From Vicinamibacterales bacterium (GTDB lineage: Bacteria > Acidobacteriota > Vicinamibacteria > Vicinamibacterales > UBA2999), in assembly GCA_036274155.1 (NCBI GenBank), contig DASUGH010000043.1:11165-75164 (forward strand): 64,000 nucleotides of DNA. Reading direction: 5' to 3'. Below the pieces are notes generated by a model. It was not told the DNA's origin. It made no database searches and saw nothing but the letters and a program-made list of their open reading frames with translations. The position numbers and the translations under genes are program-made. Of the stretch, positions 1 through 12,794 are shown piece after piece (the first letter of the stretch is position 1; every line of letters starts with the position of its first letter).

Positions 1-1961
1 GAAATGAGCACGTCCGCGGCCGCGCTGCGGAGGCAGCGACGCGCCTCGTCCGCCGACGCCGCGGTTTCGACGTCAGCCCCCGCCTGCTCCAGCAGCACAC
101 GCACCGCTTCCCGCGATCCCGGGTCGTCATCCACGACGAGCACGCGAATCGAGGCCAGGCTATCGGCCGAACCTCCCTGGCCGGATCGGTCCGGATCTGC
201 CGTGAGCGCTTCCTCGTGCAGCGGCAACGTCACCACGAAGGTGGCGCCAGCGTTCCGTCCGCCGCTCTCGGCTCTGACGCTTCCTCCGTGCAGCTCCACG
301 AGCTGACGCACCAGCGCCAGACCGAGGCCGAGACCTTGGTTCGCCGTGCGGGCGTCGCGGTCTGCCCGTCTGAACCAACCGAAGACGTGCGGCAGGAATT
401 CCGCATCGATGCCGATGCCGTTGTCGGTGACGGTCACTTCGACGAGCCCGCCCACGTTTCGCACACGAACGGTCACGCGACCACCTGATGGCGTGAACTT
501 GACGGCGTTCCAGAGCAGGTTCCAGATCACTTGCTGGATCCGCTGGGGATCCGCGTGCACCGTCAGACGGGCGTCGTCCATATCGACGCCGATGTGGACA
601 TCCTTTTCGTCGGCGCGCGGTCCCACGGCATCGACGGCGGCCTCGACTACGGCAGCGAGCCGCGTCGGGACACGCTCCATCCGGATACGTCCCGCCGCGA
701 TGCCGGTGACGTCGAGCAGGTCCTCGATCAGGCGGCGCTGCGCTTCGGCGCCGCGCTCGATGGCCGCGGCCGCGCGCTGGACCCGCTCAGGATCCATCCG
801 GCCTGTCTTCAGTGTGTGCGCCCAACCGCGAATGGCCGTGAGCGGCGTTCTGAGCTCGTGCGAGAGCATGGCCAGGAACTGGTCTTTTGAACGGTTGGCG
901 GCCTCGGCTTCGCGTCTTGCGGCCTTTTCCCGTGTGACGAGCTCGGCAATGTCTTTCGCCATCCCTGCCACGGCTCTCCCGAGGTCGCGAACTTCCGAGG
1001 GTCCCGCAATCGGGACTGGCTTGCCGAAGTCGCCCGCCTGCAGCGCACGGGCGGTCTGCGCCAGCCGTGTCACCGGCGCGGCCACGAACTGCGCGGCGAA
1101 GAGCGAGAGCAGGATGCCGATCACGATGAACGTGAGACCTTGACCGGCGAGGTCGTATCGCAGGCTCCGCGCCGGCGCGCGGGCTGCGGCCTCGGACAGC
1201 AGCACGACGATGCACGTTCCGGGCAGGGCCCTGGCTCGCCGGAACGCCGGGACGACCGGATCGCCGGCGTAACTCGTCATGACGCTCTGTCTGGTGTCCG
1301 ACCGCCGGCATTGATCGGCTTCCGAGGTCAACGTGATGACCTTCGTCGTCTGCAGCGGCGTCAGCGGCCGCCCGCCCGCATCGATCAGGATGACCTCGTC
1401 GACCGGAGTGGCAAGTCCTGTGGAATCGCTGAAGAGCGACACGACGTCGGTGCTGTCGAACCGGAGCACGAGGCGTGCATCGCCGCGGGTCGCGGCCATG
1501 ATGTAGTCGACGAGCCGTCCCTTCGCGGCCACCGTCCAGCCGTCTGAACCCGCCGTTTCGCCGACCGGTCCGCCGGCCACTCCAACCGTCCGGTCGCGAA
1601 ACGTCAGGGCCGCTCCGGTGGCGCGCTCCGTCGTCAGGAACTCCGTGAGCATCGCCTGCACGCAGTCTTCGTCCCACCCGTAGCCGCGTCGTCCTGCCGG
1701 TTCGCCGCAGATGGATTCGGCGCGTTCCAGGAAGCCGGCCGCGCGGCGCTGGCGCGACTCGAGCAGCAGCGTCAACAGCTGGTCGCGGGTCGTGGCGGTC
1801 ACCCGGGCGTCGTGCCGGGCCGCGTCAATCAGCTTGTCAATGGAGTCGGTGTACGCAAACACACCGAGCAGGATGGCTGTCACTGCCACGAGCACGGCAA
1901 ACGTCAGCAGCAGCTGCGCGGTCAGCGAGATCGATCGCGGCAGAAACGACGACAGCTTCAC
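1..1961 (-). CDS. Hybrid sensor histidine kinase/response regulator (membrane sensor-HAMP-HisKA-HATPase-REC), C-terminus runs off the window start
   Basis: Not in the ORF track because it is open to the window edge. Translated by hand from GTG at 1961 (VKLSSFLPRSISLTAQLLLTFAVLVAV...): H-box FLAMLSHELRTPL, N-box WNLLWNAVKFTP, receiver motif VLVVDDD, ending ...DVLI at the edge. Confidence 0.88.
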   Translation of the reverse strand, partial: MKLSSFLPRSISLTAQLLLTFAVLVAVTAILLGVFAYTDSIDKLIDAARHDARVTATTRDQLLTLLLESRQRRAAGFLERAESICGEPAGRRGYGWDEDCVQAMLTEFLTTERATGAALTFRDRTVGVAGGPVGETAGSDGWTVAAKGRLVDYIMAATRGDARLVLRFDSTDVVSLFSDSTGLATPVDEVILIDAGGRPLTPLQTTKVITLTSEADQCRRSDTRQSVMTSYAGDPVVPAFRRARALPGTCIVVLLSEAAARAPARSLRYDLAGQGLTFIVIGILLSLFAAQFVAAPVTRLAQTARALQAGDFGKPVPIAGPSEVRDLGRAVAGMAKDIAELVTREKAARREAEAANRSKDQFLAMLSHELRTPLTAIRGWAHTLKTGRMDPERVQRAAAAIERGAEAQRRLIEDLLDVTGIAAGRIRMERVPTRLAAVVEAAVDAVGPRADEKDVHIGVDMDDARLTVHADPQRIQQVIWNLLWNAVKFTPSGGRVTVRVRNVGGLVEVTVTDNGIGIDAEFLPHVFGWFRRADRDARTANQGLGLGLALVRQLVELHGGSVRAESGGRNAGATFVVTLPLHEEALTADPDRSGQGGSADSLASIRVLVVDDDPGSREAVRVLLEQAGADVETAASADEARRCLRSAAADVLI

Positions 1962-2027
1962 CAGGCTTTTCCGGCTGTCGAGGGAGCGGGTTCATGCTCC
2001 GCCCCGTGGGCAGCGGGGCGGGTGTCG

Positions 2028-2972
2028 TTACTTCGCGGCGCCGTGCGCCGCGCGGTACCAATCGATGGTCTGCCGGAGGCCAACGTCGAAGCTGATCATC
2101 GGTCGGTAGCCCAGCAACCGCTGCGCCTTTTCGATGTCGGCCTGCGAGGCGCGCACGTCGCCGGCACGCGGCGCTGCGAACTGCGGCTCGATCGTGGACC
2201 CTACCAGCGTCCGGATGGTCTTGAAGAGATGGTTCAGCGACACGCGATTCCCCATGGCGACGTTGATGACCTCGCCGCTGGCGTCGCGCGCCTCGCAGGC
2301 GCGCAGGACACCGTCGACGACGTTGGCGACGTAGGTGAAGTCGCGCGTCTGTTCGCCGTCACCGTAGATCGTCGGCCTGCGTCCTTCGCAGAGCGCGCTG
2401 ATGAACAAAGAGATGACGCCCGAATAGGGCGACGAGGGATCCTGCCGCGGGCCGAAGACGTTGAAGTAGCGAATCGTCACCGTCTCCAGTCCGTAGAGCG
2501 ACGTGAACAGCTGGCAATACTTTTCGGCGACGAGCTTCTGGAGCGCGTACGGCGACACCGGTGCCGTCGGCATGGTCTCGACCTTGGGCAACGTCGCAGC
2601 GTTCCCGTACGCCGACGACGAGCCGGCGTACACGACGCGTCGGACACCTTCGTCGCGGGCGGCGACGAGCAGGGTCAGCGACGCATCGACGTTCGCGCGG
2701 TTGGAGGCGATTGGCTCCTGCACCGAGCGCGGAACCGACGGTATCGCGGCCTGGTGGAGAACGAAGTCCACGCCCTTGACGGCGCGCCGGGCCACCTCGA
2801 GATCAGCGAGATCGCCCTCGATGAACTCGACCGACTTCACATGTCCGAGGTTCTCGCGCCTGCCCGTCACGAGATTGTCGACAACGCGAACGGTCTCGCC
2901 CCTTCGGGCCAGTTCTTCGACCAGGTGAGAACCGATGAATCCAGCGCCACCTGTCACCAGGTAGTGAGACAT
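2028..2972 (-). CDS. NAD-dependent epimerase/dehydratase (extended SDR, UDP-hexose/HexNAc 4-epimerase-like)
   Basis: TGGAGFIGSH Rossmann motif, YALQK (YxxxK), RYFNVFGPRQDP. Confidence 0.9.
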   Translation of the reverse strand: MSHYLVTGGAGFIGSHLVEELARRGETVRVVDNLVTGRRENLGHVKSVEFIEGDLADLEVARRAVKGVDFVLHQAAIPSVPRSVQEPIASNRANVDASLTLLVAARDEGVRRVVYAGSSSAYGNAATLPKVETMPTAPVSPYALQKLVAEKYCQLFTSLYGLETVTIRYFNVFGPRQDPSSPYSGVISLFISALCEGRRPTIYGDGEQTRDFTYVANVVDGVLRACEARDASGEVINVAMGNRVSLNHLFKTIRTLVGSTIEPQFAAPRAGDVRASQADIEKAQRLLGYRPMISFDVGLRQTIDWYRAAHGAAK

Positions 2973-3154
2973 CTGAAAGTGACCTCAGCAAGAAACCTGC
3001 CCGTGGTGACGCGTGACCTCGTGATGCTGCAACGGCGGCCGGCGGGCGGGACCGTGACACACGGTGCAGTCTTTACCGCGGGAAGCCGCTCCGGGGAAGG
3101 GGCGGCCTCAAGCGAAGTGCGTTTCCGTAATAGAGCTTACGAAGGAGGAAGCAG

Positions 3155-3629
3155 TGTCGCAACCGGCCGGTAAGCCGAATTCTGTCCGCCTACGCCGGTG
3201 GGGGCCTCGCGGCCTCCACCGGCTTCGGCGGGACGACCATTCATCTAGGCTCACGATCGCTCGCGAGCTCCAGCGACCTACCCGGTGGCATCGGACGGGC
3301 CGTCCGATCGGCCGTCTGCGGTTGCCCGCGCGCGGCCGCTGCCACCCTATTTGGTCTTGCTCCGGGCGGGGTTTTGCCTGCCGCCGACGTTGCCGCCAGC
3401 GCGGTGCGCTCTTACCGCACCTTTTCACCCTTACCCTTCGACTCGGCCTCGCCTCTCGGCGAGGCCTCGCTCAGGGCGGTATATTTTCTGTGCCACTGAT
3501 CCGTCAGGTTGCCCTGCCCGGGAGTTACCCGGCGCCCTGCCCTGTGGAGTTCGGACTTTCCTCTCCCTCCAGTACTTCGCGGCAGCGCCGCGGTTTCCGG
3601 AAGCAGCGGTCGTCTGGCCGGCTGCGACA
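3155..3629 (-). ncRNA. rnpB: RNase P RNA (bacterial type A)
   Basis: Minus strand carries the conserved GAGGAAAGUCC(G) and ACAGAAUUCGGCUUA elements plus GGGUGAAA-GGUGCGGUAAGAGCGCACC; the ends GUCGCAGCCGGCC and GGCCGGUUGCGAC pair as P1. Confidence 0.95.
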
Positions 3630-3642
3630 AGGTGATTATCGC

Positions 3643-3696
3643 ATTGACGGATTGACGGATTGACGGATTGACGGATTGACGGATTGACGATTGTCG
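3643..3696. repeat. Octamer tandem repeat (ATTGACGG) x5 plus 2 degenerate copies
   Basis: Read directly: attgacgg at 3643, 3651, 3659, 3667, 3675, then attgacg and attgtcg. Confidence 0.95.
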
Positions 3697-3725
3697 AATC
3701 GGGGAGTGGCTGACTTCGTCTTCGT

Positions 3726-5132
3726 TCAGCCGTCCGTTTCCTGCTTGATTCCGTACTGCTCGAGCTTCTTATAGAGGTTGCTCCGTGGCGTGTCGATGAT
3801 CTCGGCCGTCTTCGAGATGTTCCAGTTCGTCTCGCGGAGCTTCTGAACGAGGTAGGCGCGCTCGGCTGCGTCCTTGAACTCGCGGAGGGTTCCAGCGGAA
3901 GCCTTGTCGACGGGCAGCGGCGCAACAGCGGGATCTTCGGGTGGCGGCGCGACCCGTGCGGACGATTCACCACCTCTGAGCTCGGCCGGCAGATCGTCCA
4001 CACGCACGACATCTCCTGGAGCCATGATCATCACGCGCTCGACGGCATTGCGCAGCTCGCGGATGTTGCCGCGCCAGCGGTATCGCTGAAGCGCCTCCAT
4101 CGCCGCCGTCTCGAAGCGCTTCGGCTTGAGGTTGTGCTCGTCGCTCGTACGGCGGGCGAAGTGCTGTACGAGCAGCGGAATATCGTCACGGCGCTCGCGC
4201 AGCGGCGGCACGACGATCGGGATGACGTTCAGGCGGAAGTAGAGATCCTCGCGGAACTCGCCGCGCTGAATCGCTTCCTCGAGGTTCTTGTTGGTGGCGG
4301 CGATGACCCGCACATCGACCTTGGTGGTGCGCGCCGAGCCGATGCGCTCGACCTCCTGCTCCTGCAGCACGCGGAGCACCTTGGCCTGGGTCTTCGGACT
4401 CATGTCCCCGATCTCGTCCAGGAAGATCGTTCCGCGATCGGCCTGCTCGAACTTGCCGATCTGCTTTTCAGTGGCGCCGGTGAACGAACCTTTCTCGTGC
4501 CCGAAGAGCTCTGACTCGATCAGCTCCTCCGGAATGGCCGCACAGTTCACCTGAATGAAACGCTGCCCCGCCCGCGGGCTGTTCCGGTGAATCGTGCGGG
4601 CGACCAGCTCCTTGCCGACGCCGCTCTCGCCAAGGAGCAGCACGGTGGCGTTGGTCGGCGCCGCCCGTTTCACCGACTCGAGGACTTTCCGCAGCGAAGC
4701 GCTCTGGCCGACGATCTCGTACTTCGACTCGGTGGCCAACCTGAGCTCGCGGTTCTCCTGACGGAGCTCGCGCACTTCGAGCCCTTTGGCCACCGTCACC
4801 AGGACCCGCTCGCTCGTGAACGGTTTCTCGATGAAATCGAACGCCCCGAGCCGCGTCGCCTGCATGGCGTCGGTGATGGTGCCGTGCCCGGAAATCATCG
4901 CCACCGGCAGCGCTTCGTCCAGACGACGGATCTCTGCCAGCGTCTCGAGACCGTTCATCCCCGGCATCTTGATGTCGAGCAGGACCAGATCGGGCGATTC
5001 GCGCTTGACGGTCGTGATGCCATCAGGGCCGGAGGCCGCGCCGATGAACTCGTAATCTTCGTACTCGAGGATCATCTTCAACGAGTCGCGGATGGCGGCC
5101 TCGTCGTCGATGATCAGGATGCGCGGTTTCAT
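3726..5132 (-). CDS. Sigma-54-dependent response regulator (NtrC/NtrX family; REC-AAA+-Fis HTH)
   Basis: REC ILIIDDE and LLDIKMP, Walker [15 protein letters not shown] loop, FLDEIGDM, C-terminal HTH; start taken at MKPRIL. Confidence 0.93.
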   Translation of the reverse strand: MKPRILIIDDEAAIRDSLKMILEYEDYEFIGAASGPDGITTVKRESPDLVLLDIKMPGMNGLETLAEIRRLDEALPVAMISGHGTITDAMQATRLGAFDFIEKPFTSERVLVTVAKGLEVRELRQENRELRLATESKYEIVGQSASLRKVLESVKRAAPTNATVLLLGESGVGKELVARTIHRNSPRAGQRFIQVNCAAIPEELIESELFGHEKGSFTGATEKQIGKFEQADRGTIFLDEIGDMSPKTQAKVLRVLQEQEVERIGSARTTKVDVRVIAATNKNLEEAIQRGEFREDLYFRLNVIPIVVPPLRERRDDIPLLVQHFARRTSDEHNLKPKRFETAAMEALQRYRWRGNIRELRNAVERVMIMAPGDVVRVDDLPAELRGGESSARVAPPPEDPAVAPLPVDKASAGTLREFKDAAERAYLVQKLRETNWNISKTAEIIDTPRSNLYKKLEQYGIKQETDG

Positions 5133-5170
5133 GTCAGCGGATCGAGAGCGGTCGGACGGCGTTCGGTGTG

Positions 5171-6669
5171 TCAATCAGGACGGACGGTGCGCAGCACCCG
5201 TTGCATCGCCGCGGGGCTGTAAACGTAGAACGTGAGGATTTCCCCCGGCTGGGCCTGCGCGATCATCCGTTTGTAGTCGCTCACCGAGCGCACGGGCCGC
5301 CGATTGATCTCGAGGAGTACGTCGTTCCGTTCGAGAGCCGCGTCGTCGGCCGGGCTGAGCGACTCGACCTTCGAGACGATCACGCCACGGAGTCCGTCCG
5401 GCAGCAGGCTGCGCGAGGCGAACTCGGGATCGAGCTCGCGAACGGAAAGTCCGAGCGCCGGCCCGGTCCAGCGCGACGGCTGCGGCTGTCCGCCACCCGC
5501 CGGCACCCCGATGGACGACTCCATGCGCGGACGCTCGGCGAGCTTCACCGGAATCGTGAGCGGGCGGTCGTCGCGCAGCACGTGCAGAGTGGCGGTCGTG
5601 CCCGGCTGCCGCGATGCGATCAGCTGAATCAGCTCGTCGCTGCCGGATACCGCCTTGCCGTCGACCGCCACGATGAGGTCGTAGGCGCGAACCCCTGCCC
5701 TCGCGCCTGGAGACCCTTCCGTGACGTCCTGCACCAGGGCGCCGTGCGACGTTCGCAGCCGCAGCGAATGCTGGAGATCGGGATCGACGTCGCGCGGCCC
5801 CACCCCGATGTAGCCGCGCGTGACGCGCCCTTTCTCGATGAGCTGCGGAAGCACGGCCGTCGCCTGGTTGATGGGCACCGCAAAGCCGATGTTCGCCGCG
5901 CGCGAGCTGATGGCCGAGTTGATGCCCACCACCTCACCGCGCGTGTTGATCAGCGGACCGCCGCTGTTGCCGAAATTGATGGCCGCGTCCGTCTGGATGT
6001 AGCGGTCGAGCGATCGGTTGAACAGCTTCCGTCCCATGAAGCTCACGATGCCCACGGTGACCGTGTGCTCGTAGGCGAGCGGATTCCCGATGGCCACCAC
6101 CCACTCGCCAACACGCAATGTATCGGAGTCGCCGAGCGGTGCGAACGGCAGAGGCTCCGGCGAATCGACCTTGAGGAGGGCGAGATCGCTGTCCGGGTCG
6201 ATGCCGACACGCTGCGCCCGCAGGCTCCGTCCGTCCGCCAGTCGCACCGTGATGCGGTCCGCGGGCTCGACGACGTGCTGATTGGTGAGAATGTGACCTT
6301 CGGCGTCGATGAGAAAGCCGGTTCCGGCACCGCGCCGCAGATCGTCAGGGCTGCGGTCCGGCGGCCGTTCGAACGGGTTGGGTCTGTCGAAGAGCTCGGC
6401 AAAAGGGCGGCGCCGGCTGCTCGACTCGCCCCGCGACGTGGCATCGATGTTCACCACAGCAGGATTGAGTCGCTCCGCAACGTCGGCAAACGAGGCGAGG
6501 GCCGGAGCGGCAGCGCCGACGCTTCGCGTGGGAATCGCCCGGGCCGCACGCGGAGCGGAAATCGCTGGTGCCGGCGTGAGCGAGCCAGCGATCACGAGCC
6601 CGAGCAGGAGCCCGACCGTGGCGCTCAGGCAGACGATCGCGGCGAGAAACCGCCGTGACATGAAGTCCA

Positions 6670-6670
<1 letters not shown>
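5171..6670 (-). CDS. HtrA/DegP-family serine protease with two PDZ domains
   Basis: TNQHV (His), DSDLALLK (Asp), AINFGNSGGPL (Ser), N-terminal TM segment, two PDZ repeats. Confidence 0.93.
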
Positions 6671-8838
<2,168 letters not shown>

Positions 8839-9843
8839 CTATCGATCCCGCGAGACGACGTAGTCGGGCAGATACATCAGCGCGTCACGCGCATCGGACG
8901 GCGGAAACGCACACAGCGCTTTCTTGGCCCTCTCGACGTAGTCGGCGGCCACGCGCTGCACGTAGTCGATCGAGCGCGCTTGTACGAGCCGGGAGCGGAG
9001 TTCCCGCCATTCGTCGATGGTGAGCGAACGATCGACGACGGCCCTGCGGATGAGCGCCTGCGAGGCCGGGTCTCCGCGCGACAGCAGGTGAATGACCGGC
9101 AGCGTCATCTTGCCCTCGCGCAAATCGCCGCCCACCGGCTTGCCGAGCACCACCTCGTCACCCGTGAAGTCCAGCAGATCGTCGACGAGCTGAAACGCGA
9201 TCCCGATGTTCAGCCCGTAATCCCACAGCGCGTCGCGCTGCTCGCGCGACACGGGGCCGAGCATCCCGCCGATTTTCGCGCTGCCGGCGAACAGGTACGC
9301 CGTCTTGCGCCGGACGATGTCGAAATGCTCTTCTTCGCTGAGCTCCACCACGCCATTCTTCGTGAGCTGGTAGATCTCCCCCTCGACAATGCGCAGCGTG
9401 ACGTCGCACAACAGCCGGATGACATCCAGGTTGTCGTGGGTGAGCGCCAGTGACATCGACTTCAGGTAGAGGAAGTCACCGAGCAGCACGGTGACGTGGT
9501 TCCCCCAACGGGTGTGCACCGCGTCGCGTCCGCGGCGGAGCTCCGCCTCGTCGATGATGTCGTCGTGGACGAGCGTCGCCGAATGAATGAACTCGATGAC
9601 GGTCGCGTACAGGACCGCCCGCTCGCCGGTGTAGCCGGCCATCCGCGCGGCCATGAGCAGCACCGCGGGACGGATGCGTTTGCCGCCGCCATCCTGGATG
9701 TAGGTGCCGATCGTTGGAATCAGGCCGACCTGCGATTGGACGTGCCGGGCGAACTCGCGCTCGACTTCGCGCAAGTCGTCCCGAATCGGCTCGAACATCT
9801 GCGCGAGCGTGACGGCCGAGGGTTTCTGCGCGGCTGGATTCAC
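8839..9843 (-). CDS. Polyprenyl diphosphate synthase (IspB/HepT-like); start codon uncertain
   Basis: GGKRIRP, HDDIID and QLVDDLLD aspartate-rich motifs, GKPVGGDLREGK. Confidence 0.92.
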   Translation of the reverse strand: MNPAAQKPSAVTLAQMFEPIRDDLREVEREFARHVQSQVGLIPTIGTYIQDGGGKRIRPAVLLMAARMAGYTGERAVLYATVIEFIHSATLVHDDIIDEAELRRGRDAVHTRWGNHVTVLLGDFLYLKSMSLALTHDNLDVIRLLCDVTLRIVEGEIYQLTKNGVVELSEEEHFDIVRRKTAYLFAGSAKIGGMLGPVSREQRDALWDYGLNIGIAFQLVDDLLDFTGDEVVLGKPVGGDLREGKMTLPVIHLLSRGDPASQALIRRAVVDRSLTIDEWRELRSRLVQARSIDYVQRVAADYVERAKKALCAFPPSDARDALMYLPDYVVSRDR

Positions 9844-10018
9844 GCTGGTCTGCTGATCGGCTGCATCAACGGTTGGGGCCGGCCTCGATGCGCGGTTTGA
9901 GCGAGCTGCCGACTGTGACCGGTCGACCGCTCGAGTTTGAAGGCGCCGCACCACTAGACCATATCCGCGCGCGGGGTGTCAATGTCGCGCGGCCCCTAAT
10001 CCGTGCAAGGAGTAGCAC

Positions 10019-10801
10019 TTACGCTGCAAACAGCCGGCGGAAGTTGGCGGCCGCTGCCGCGCCGACCTCCTCCACCGCCATGCCCCGCAACTCCGCGACA
10101 ACCTCGGCGACGCGCACGACGTTTGCCGGCTCGTTCCGCTTGCCTCTGAGCGGTGATGGAGCGAGAAACGGACTGTCGGTCTCGATCAGCAGCCGGTCGA
10201 GCGGGACCATTCGGGCAACTTCCTTCAGTTCGAGAGCCCGCGGAAAGGTCACGATGCCGGCGAGAGAAATGTGAAAGCCGGTGTCGAGCGCGCGGCGCGC
10301 CGCGTCGCGGTCGCCAGTAAAGCAGTGAAACACGCCTCCGCTCTCGGCTGCCGCTTCCTCCTGAAGGATCCGGAATGTATCGTCGTCGGCCTCGCGCGTG
10401 TGGATGACGATCGGCAGCTGCCGGCGCTTCGCCAGTCGGATCTGTGCCGCGAACACCGACTGCTGCACCGGCCGCGGCGCGAAGTCGTAGTGATAGTCGA
10501 GTCCGATCTCGCCGACCGCACGTGTGAGCGGCTGCGACTCGATGACCCGGTCGACCAGTCGTGCCGCTGCTTCGGCGTCGCCGGCATATTTGCCGGCATT
10601 GTGCGGGTGCACGCCAACCGAATACCGGACCTCCGGCCAGAGGGCGGTCACCGCCGCCGCCTGCTCCATCTCCGGCTCGTCGTCAGCGGCCAGGATGACC
10701 ATCGCGTGGGCCAGGCCGCTGCTCCGCGCGCGCTCGACGACCTCAGCCAGATCGGCCGCGAACTCGGGTCCGGCGATATGGCAGTGGGAGTCTACGAACA
10801 C
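10019..10801 (-). CDS. tatD: TatD family deoxyribonuclease
   Basis: DSHCH, GVHPH, GEIGLDY, IHTREA, FHCFTG, ETDSPFL. Confidence 0.94.
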   Translation of the reverse strand: MFVDSHCHIAGPEFAADLAEVVERARSSGLAHAMVILAADDEPEMEQAAAVTALWPEVRYSVGVHPHNAGKYAGDAEAAARLVDRVIESQPLTRAVGEIGLDYHYDFAPRPVQQSVFAAQIRLAKRRQLPIVIHTREADDDTFRILQEEAAAESGGVFHCFTGDRDAARRALDTGFHISLAGIVTFPRALELKEVARMVPLDRLLIETDSPFLAPSPLRGKRNEPANVVRVAEVVAELRGMAVEEVGAAAAANFRRLFAA

Positions 10802-10838
10802 CCGATTTCAACCCCGGATCCGCGGCACAGCGAGACCA

Positions 10839-12794
10839 TCATCGAACCCTGGTACCCGGCGGAACAGCAGGGTCGACCGCGAGGAGGGAGGGAAGACCTT
10901 CCTGCGTCGCGGCCAGGACCATGCCGTTCGAATCGATACCCATCAGCTTTGCCGGCTTGAGGTTCGCGACGACGACGATCGCCCGGCCGACGAGCTGCTC
11001 GGGAGAGTACGCCTCGGCGATTCCCGCCACGATCGTGCGTTCTTCGGTGCCGACATCGATGCGCAGCTTGATCAGCTTCTTCGACTTCGGGACGGCTTCC
11101 GCGGCAAGCACCTTCGCCACCCGCAGGTCGACCTTCATGAAGTCGTCGAACGTCATCCGCGCGTCATCCGCGGGCGTCGCGGCCGGCTGGGGAGCCGCAG
11201 GCGTCGCTGCCGGCTGGGTCTGGGTGGATTCGTTGGTCATGGCGGCCTCGCGCAACTCCTCGACTGTCTTCTCGATTCGCGGAAACAGTGCTTCGGCCTC
11301 GCCAAGGCGGGTGCCGTCGAAACGCGCTCCTTCCGACAGGCTCGTCCACTGCTCCCTCGCGACGCCGAGCATCCGCCGAATGCGGTCGGCGGCGTCGGGC
11401 ATCACCGGCTCGACGAGCGCCGCGATCACCCGCAGGGCATCGGCCGAGTGATAGAGCGTGGTATCGAGCAGCGAACGCCGAGCCGGGTCTTTGGCCAGCG
11501 TCCACGGCTCACGCTCGACGATGTACTTGTTGACGCGCCCGATGAGACTCCAGATCGTCTGCAGCGCCTGGCTGACCTGATACGCCTCGAAGTCCGCAAC
11601 CGCCGAACGGATCGTGCTGGTAACCGCATCCGCCAGATCCGTATCGAGTGGCTGCGACGCGGCGGCCGGCGCCGGCACGACCCCGCCGCAATAGCGGTGG
11701 ATCATCGTGATGGTCCGGCTCGCCAGGTTGCCGAGATCGTTGGCCAGATCCGCGTTGTACCGGGTGAGCACCGCGTCGTCGGCAAAGTTCGCGTCCTGGC
11801 CGAGCGGCATCTCGCGCATCACGAAGTATCGCAACGCGTCGAGTCCAAACACCTGCACGTAGTCCTGGTAGCGGGCGACGTTGCCGAGCGACTTCGACAT
11901 CTTGGCGCCGCCCATGAGCCAGAATCCGTGTGCGACGACCCGGGCCGGCGGCGGCAGTCCGGCCGACATCAGGAACGCCGGCCAGTACAGAGCGTGCTGC
12001 CTGACGATTTCCTTCCCGATGAAGTGCGTCACGGTCGGCCAGTAGCGCGCGAGGCGCTCGTCAGCGTCGGGCGCGCCCGAGCCGAAACCGAGCACAGTGA
12101 GGTAATTGGTCAGGGCATCGAACCACACGTACATCACGTGCGCGGGATCACCTGGAACAGGTATTCCCCACTTGAACGACGTGCGGCTGATGCTCAAATC
12201 CTGGAGACCCGCTTCGACGAAGGTCCGGACCTCGTTCAGCCGGAACGCGGGCTGCACGAAGTCGGGATGATCGCGATAGAAATCGAGCAGCGGCTGCTGG
12301 TACTTCGACAGCCGGAAGTAGTAGCTTTCCTCCTTGAGCCTTTCGACCTTGCTGCCGCAATTCGGACACCGGCCGTCGGCGAGCTGCGCCTCGGGCACGA
12401 AGATCTCGTCGACCGTGCAGTACCACCCTTCGTAATCGCCCTTGTAGATGTCGCCCGCCTTCTCGACGCGCCTCCAGATCTCCTGGGCCGCCGCATGGTG
12501 CCTCGGCTCGGTGGTGCGGATGAAATCGTCGTTCGTGATGGTCAGGTCGGCACACATCTGGCGAAAGGCGGCCGATACCTGATCGGCGAACTGCGGCGTC
12601 GGCAATCCCGCCTTCTGCGCCGCCCTCTCCACCTTCTGGCCGTGCTCGTCGGTGCCGGTGAGAAAGAACACGTCATGGCCGAGCAGACGCCGTGACCTGG
12701 CGATCGCGTCTGCCAGCATCGTGGTGTAGGCGTGCCCGATGTGCGGTTGAGCGTTGATGTAGTAGATCGGGGTCGTGATGTAGGACGAAATCAT
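10839..12794 (-). CDS. metG: Methionine--tRNA ligase with C-terminal tRNA-binding domain
   Basis: YITTPIYY, HIGH, GTDEHG, KMSKS, C-terminal OB domain (DLRVAKV...SNGMVLA); start at MISSY overlaps the larC stop (ATGA). Confidence 0.97.
   Translation of the reverse strand: MISSYITTPIYYINAQPHIGHAYTTMLADAIARSRRLLGHDVFFLTGTDEHGQKVERAAQKAGLPTPQFADQVSAAFRQMCADLTITNDDFIRTTEPRHHAAAQEIWRRVEKAGDIYKGDYEGWYCTVDEIFVPEAQLADGRCPNCGSKVERLKEESYYFRLSKYQQPLLDFYRDHPDFVQPAFRLNEVRTFVEAGLQDLSISRTSFKWGIPVPGDPAHVMYVWFDALTNYLTVLGFGSGAPDADERLARYWPTVTHFIGKEIVRQHALYWPAFLMSAGLPPPARVVAHGFWLMGGAKMSKSLGNVARYQDYVQVFGLDALRYFVMREMPLGQDANFADDAVLTRYNADLANDLGNLASRTITMIHRYCGGVVPAPAAASQPLDTDLADAVTSTIRSAVADFEAYQVSQALQTIWSLIGRVNKYIVEREPWTLAKDPARRSLLDTTLYHSADALRVIAALVEPVMPDAADRIRRMLGVAREQWTSLSEGARFDGTRLGEAEALFPRIEKTVEELREAAMTNESTQTQPAATPAAPQPAATPADDARMTFDDFMKVDLRVAKVLAAEAVPKSKKLIKLRIDVGTEERTIVAGIAEAYSPEQLVGRAIVVVANLKPAKLMGIDSNGMVLAATQEGLPSLLAVDPAVPPGTRVR

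Noticed and set aside
2987-3002. GG-N10-GC motif upstream of the epimerase gene
   Set aside because: Weak -24 match and too close to the start codon to leave a leader; could be chance
3064-3663. Several ORFs over 3064-3663
   Set aside because: The region is explained by RNase P RNA
3643-3696. Tandem repeat as a possible CRISPR array
   Set aside because: 8-bp units without spacers; no cas genes
10524-12695. 723-aa plus-strand ORF
   Set aside because: Antisense shadow of metG
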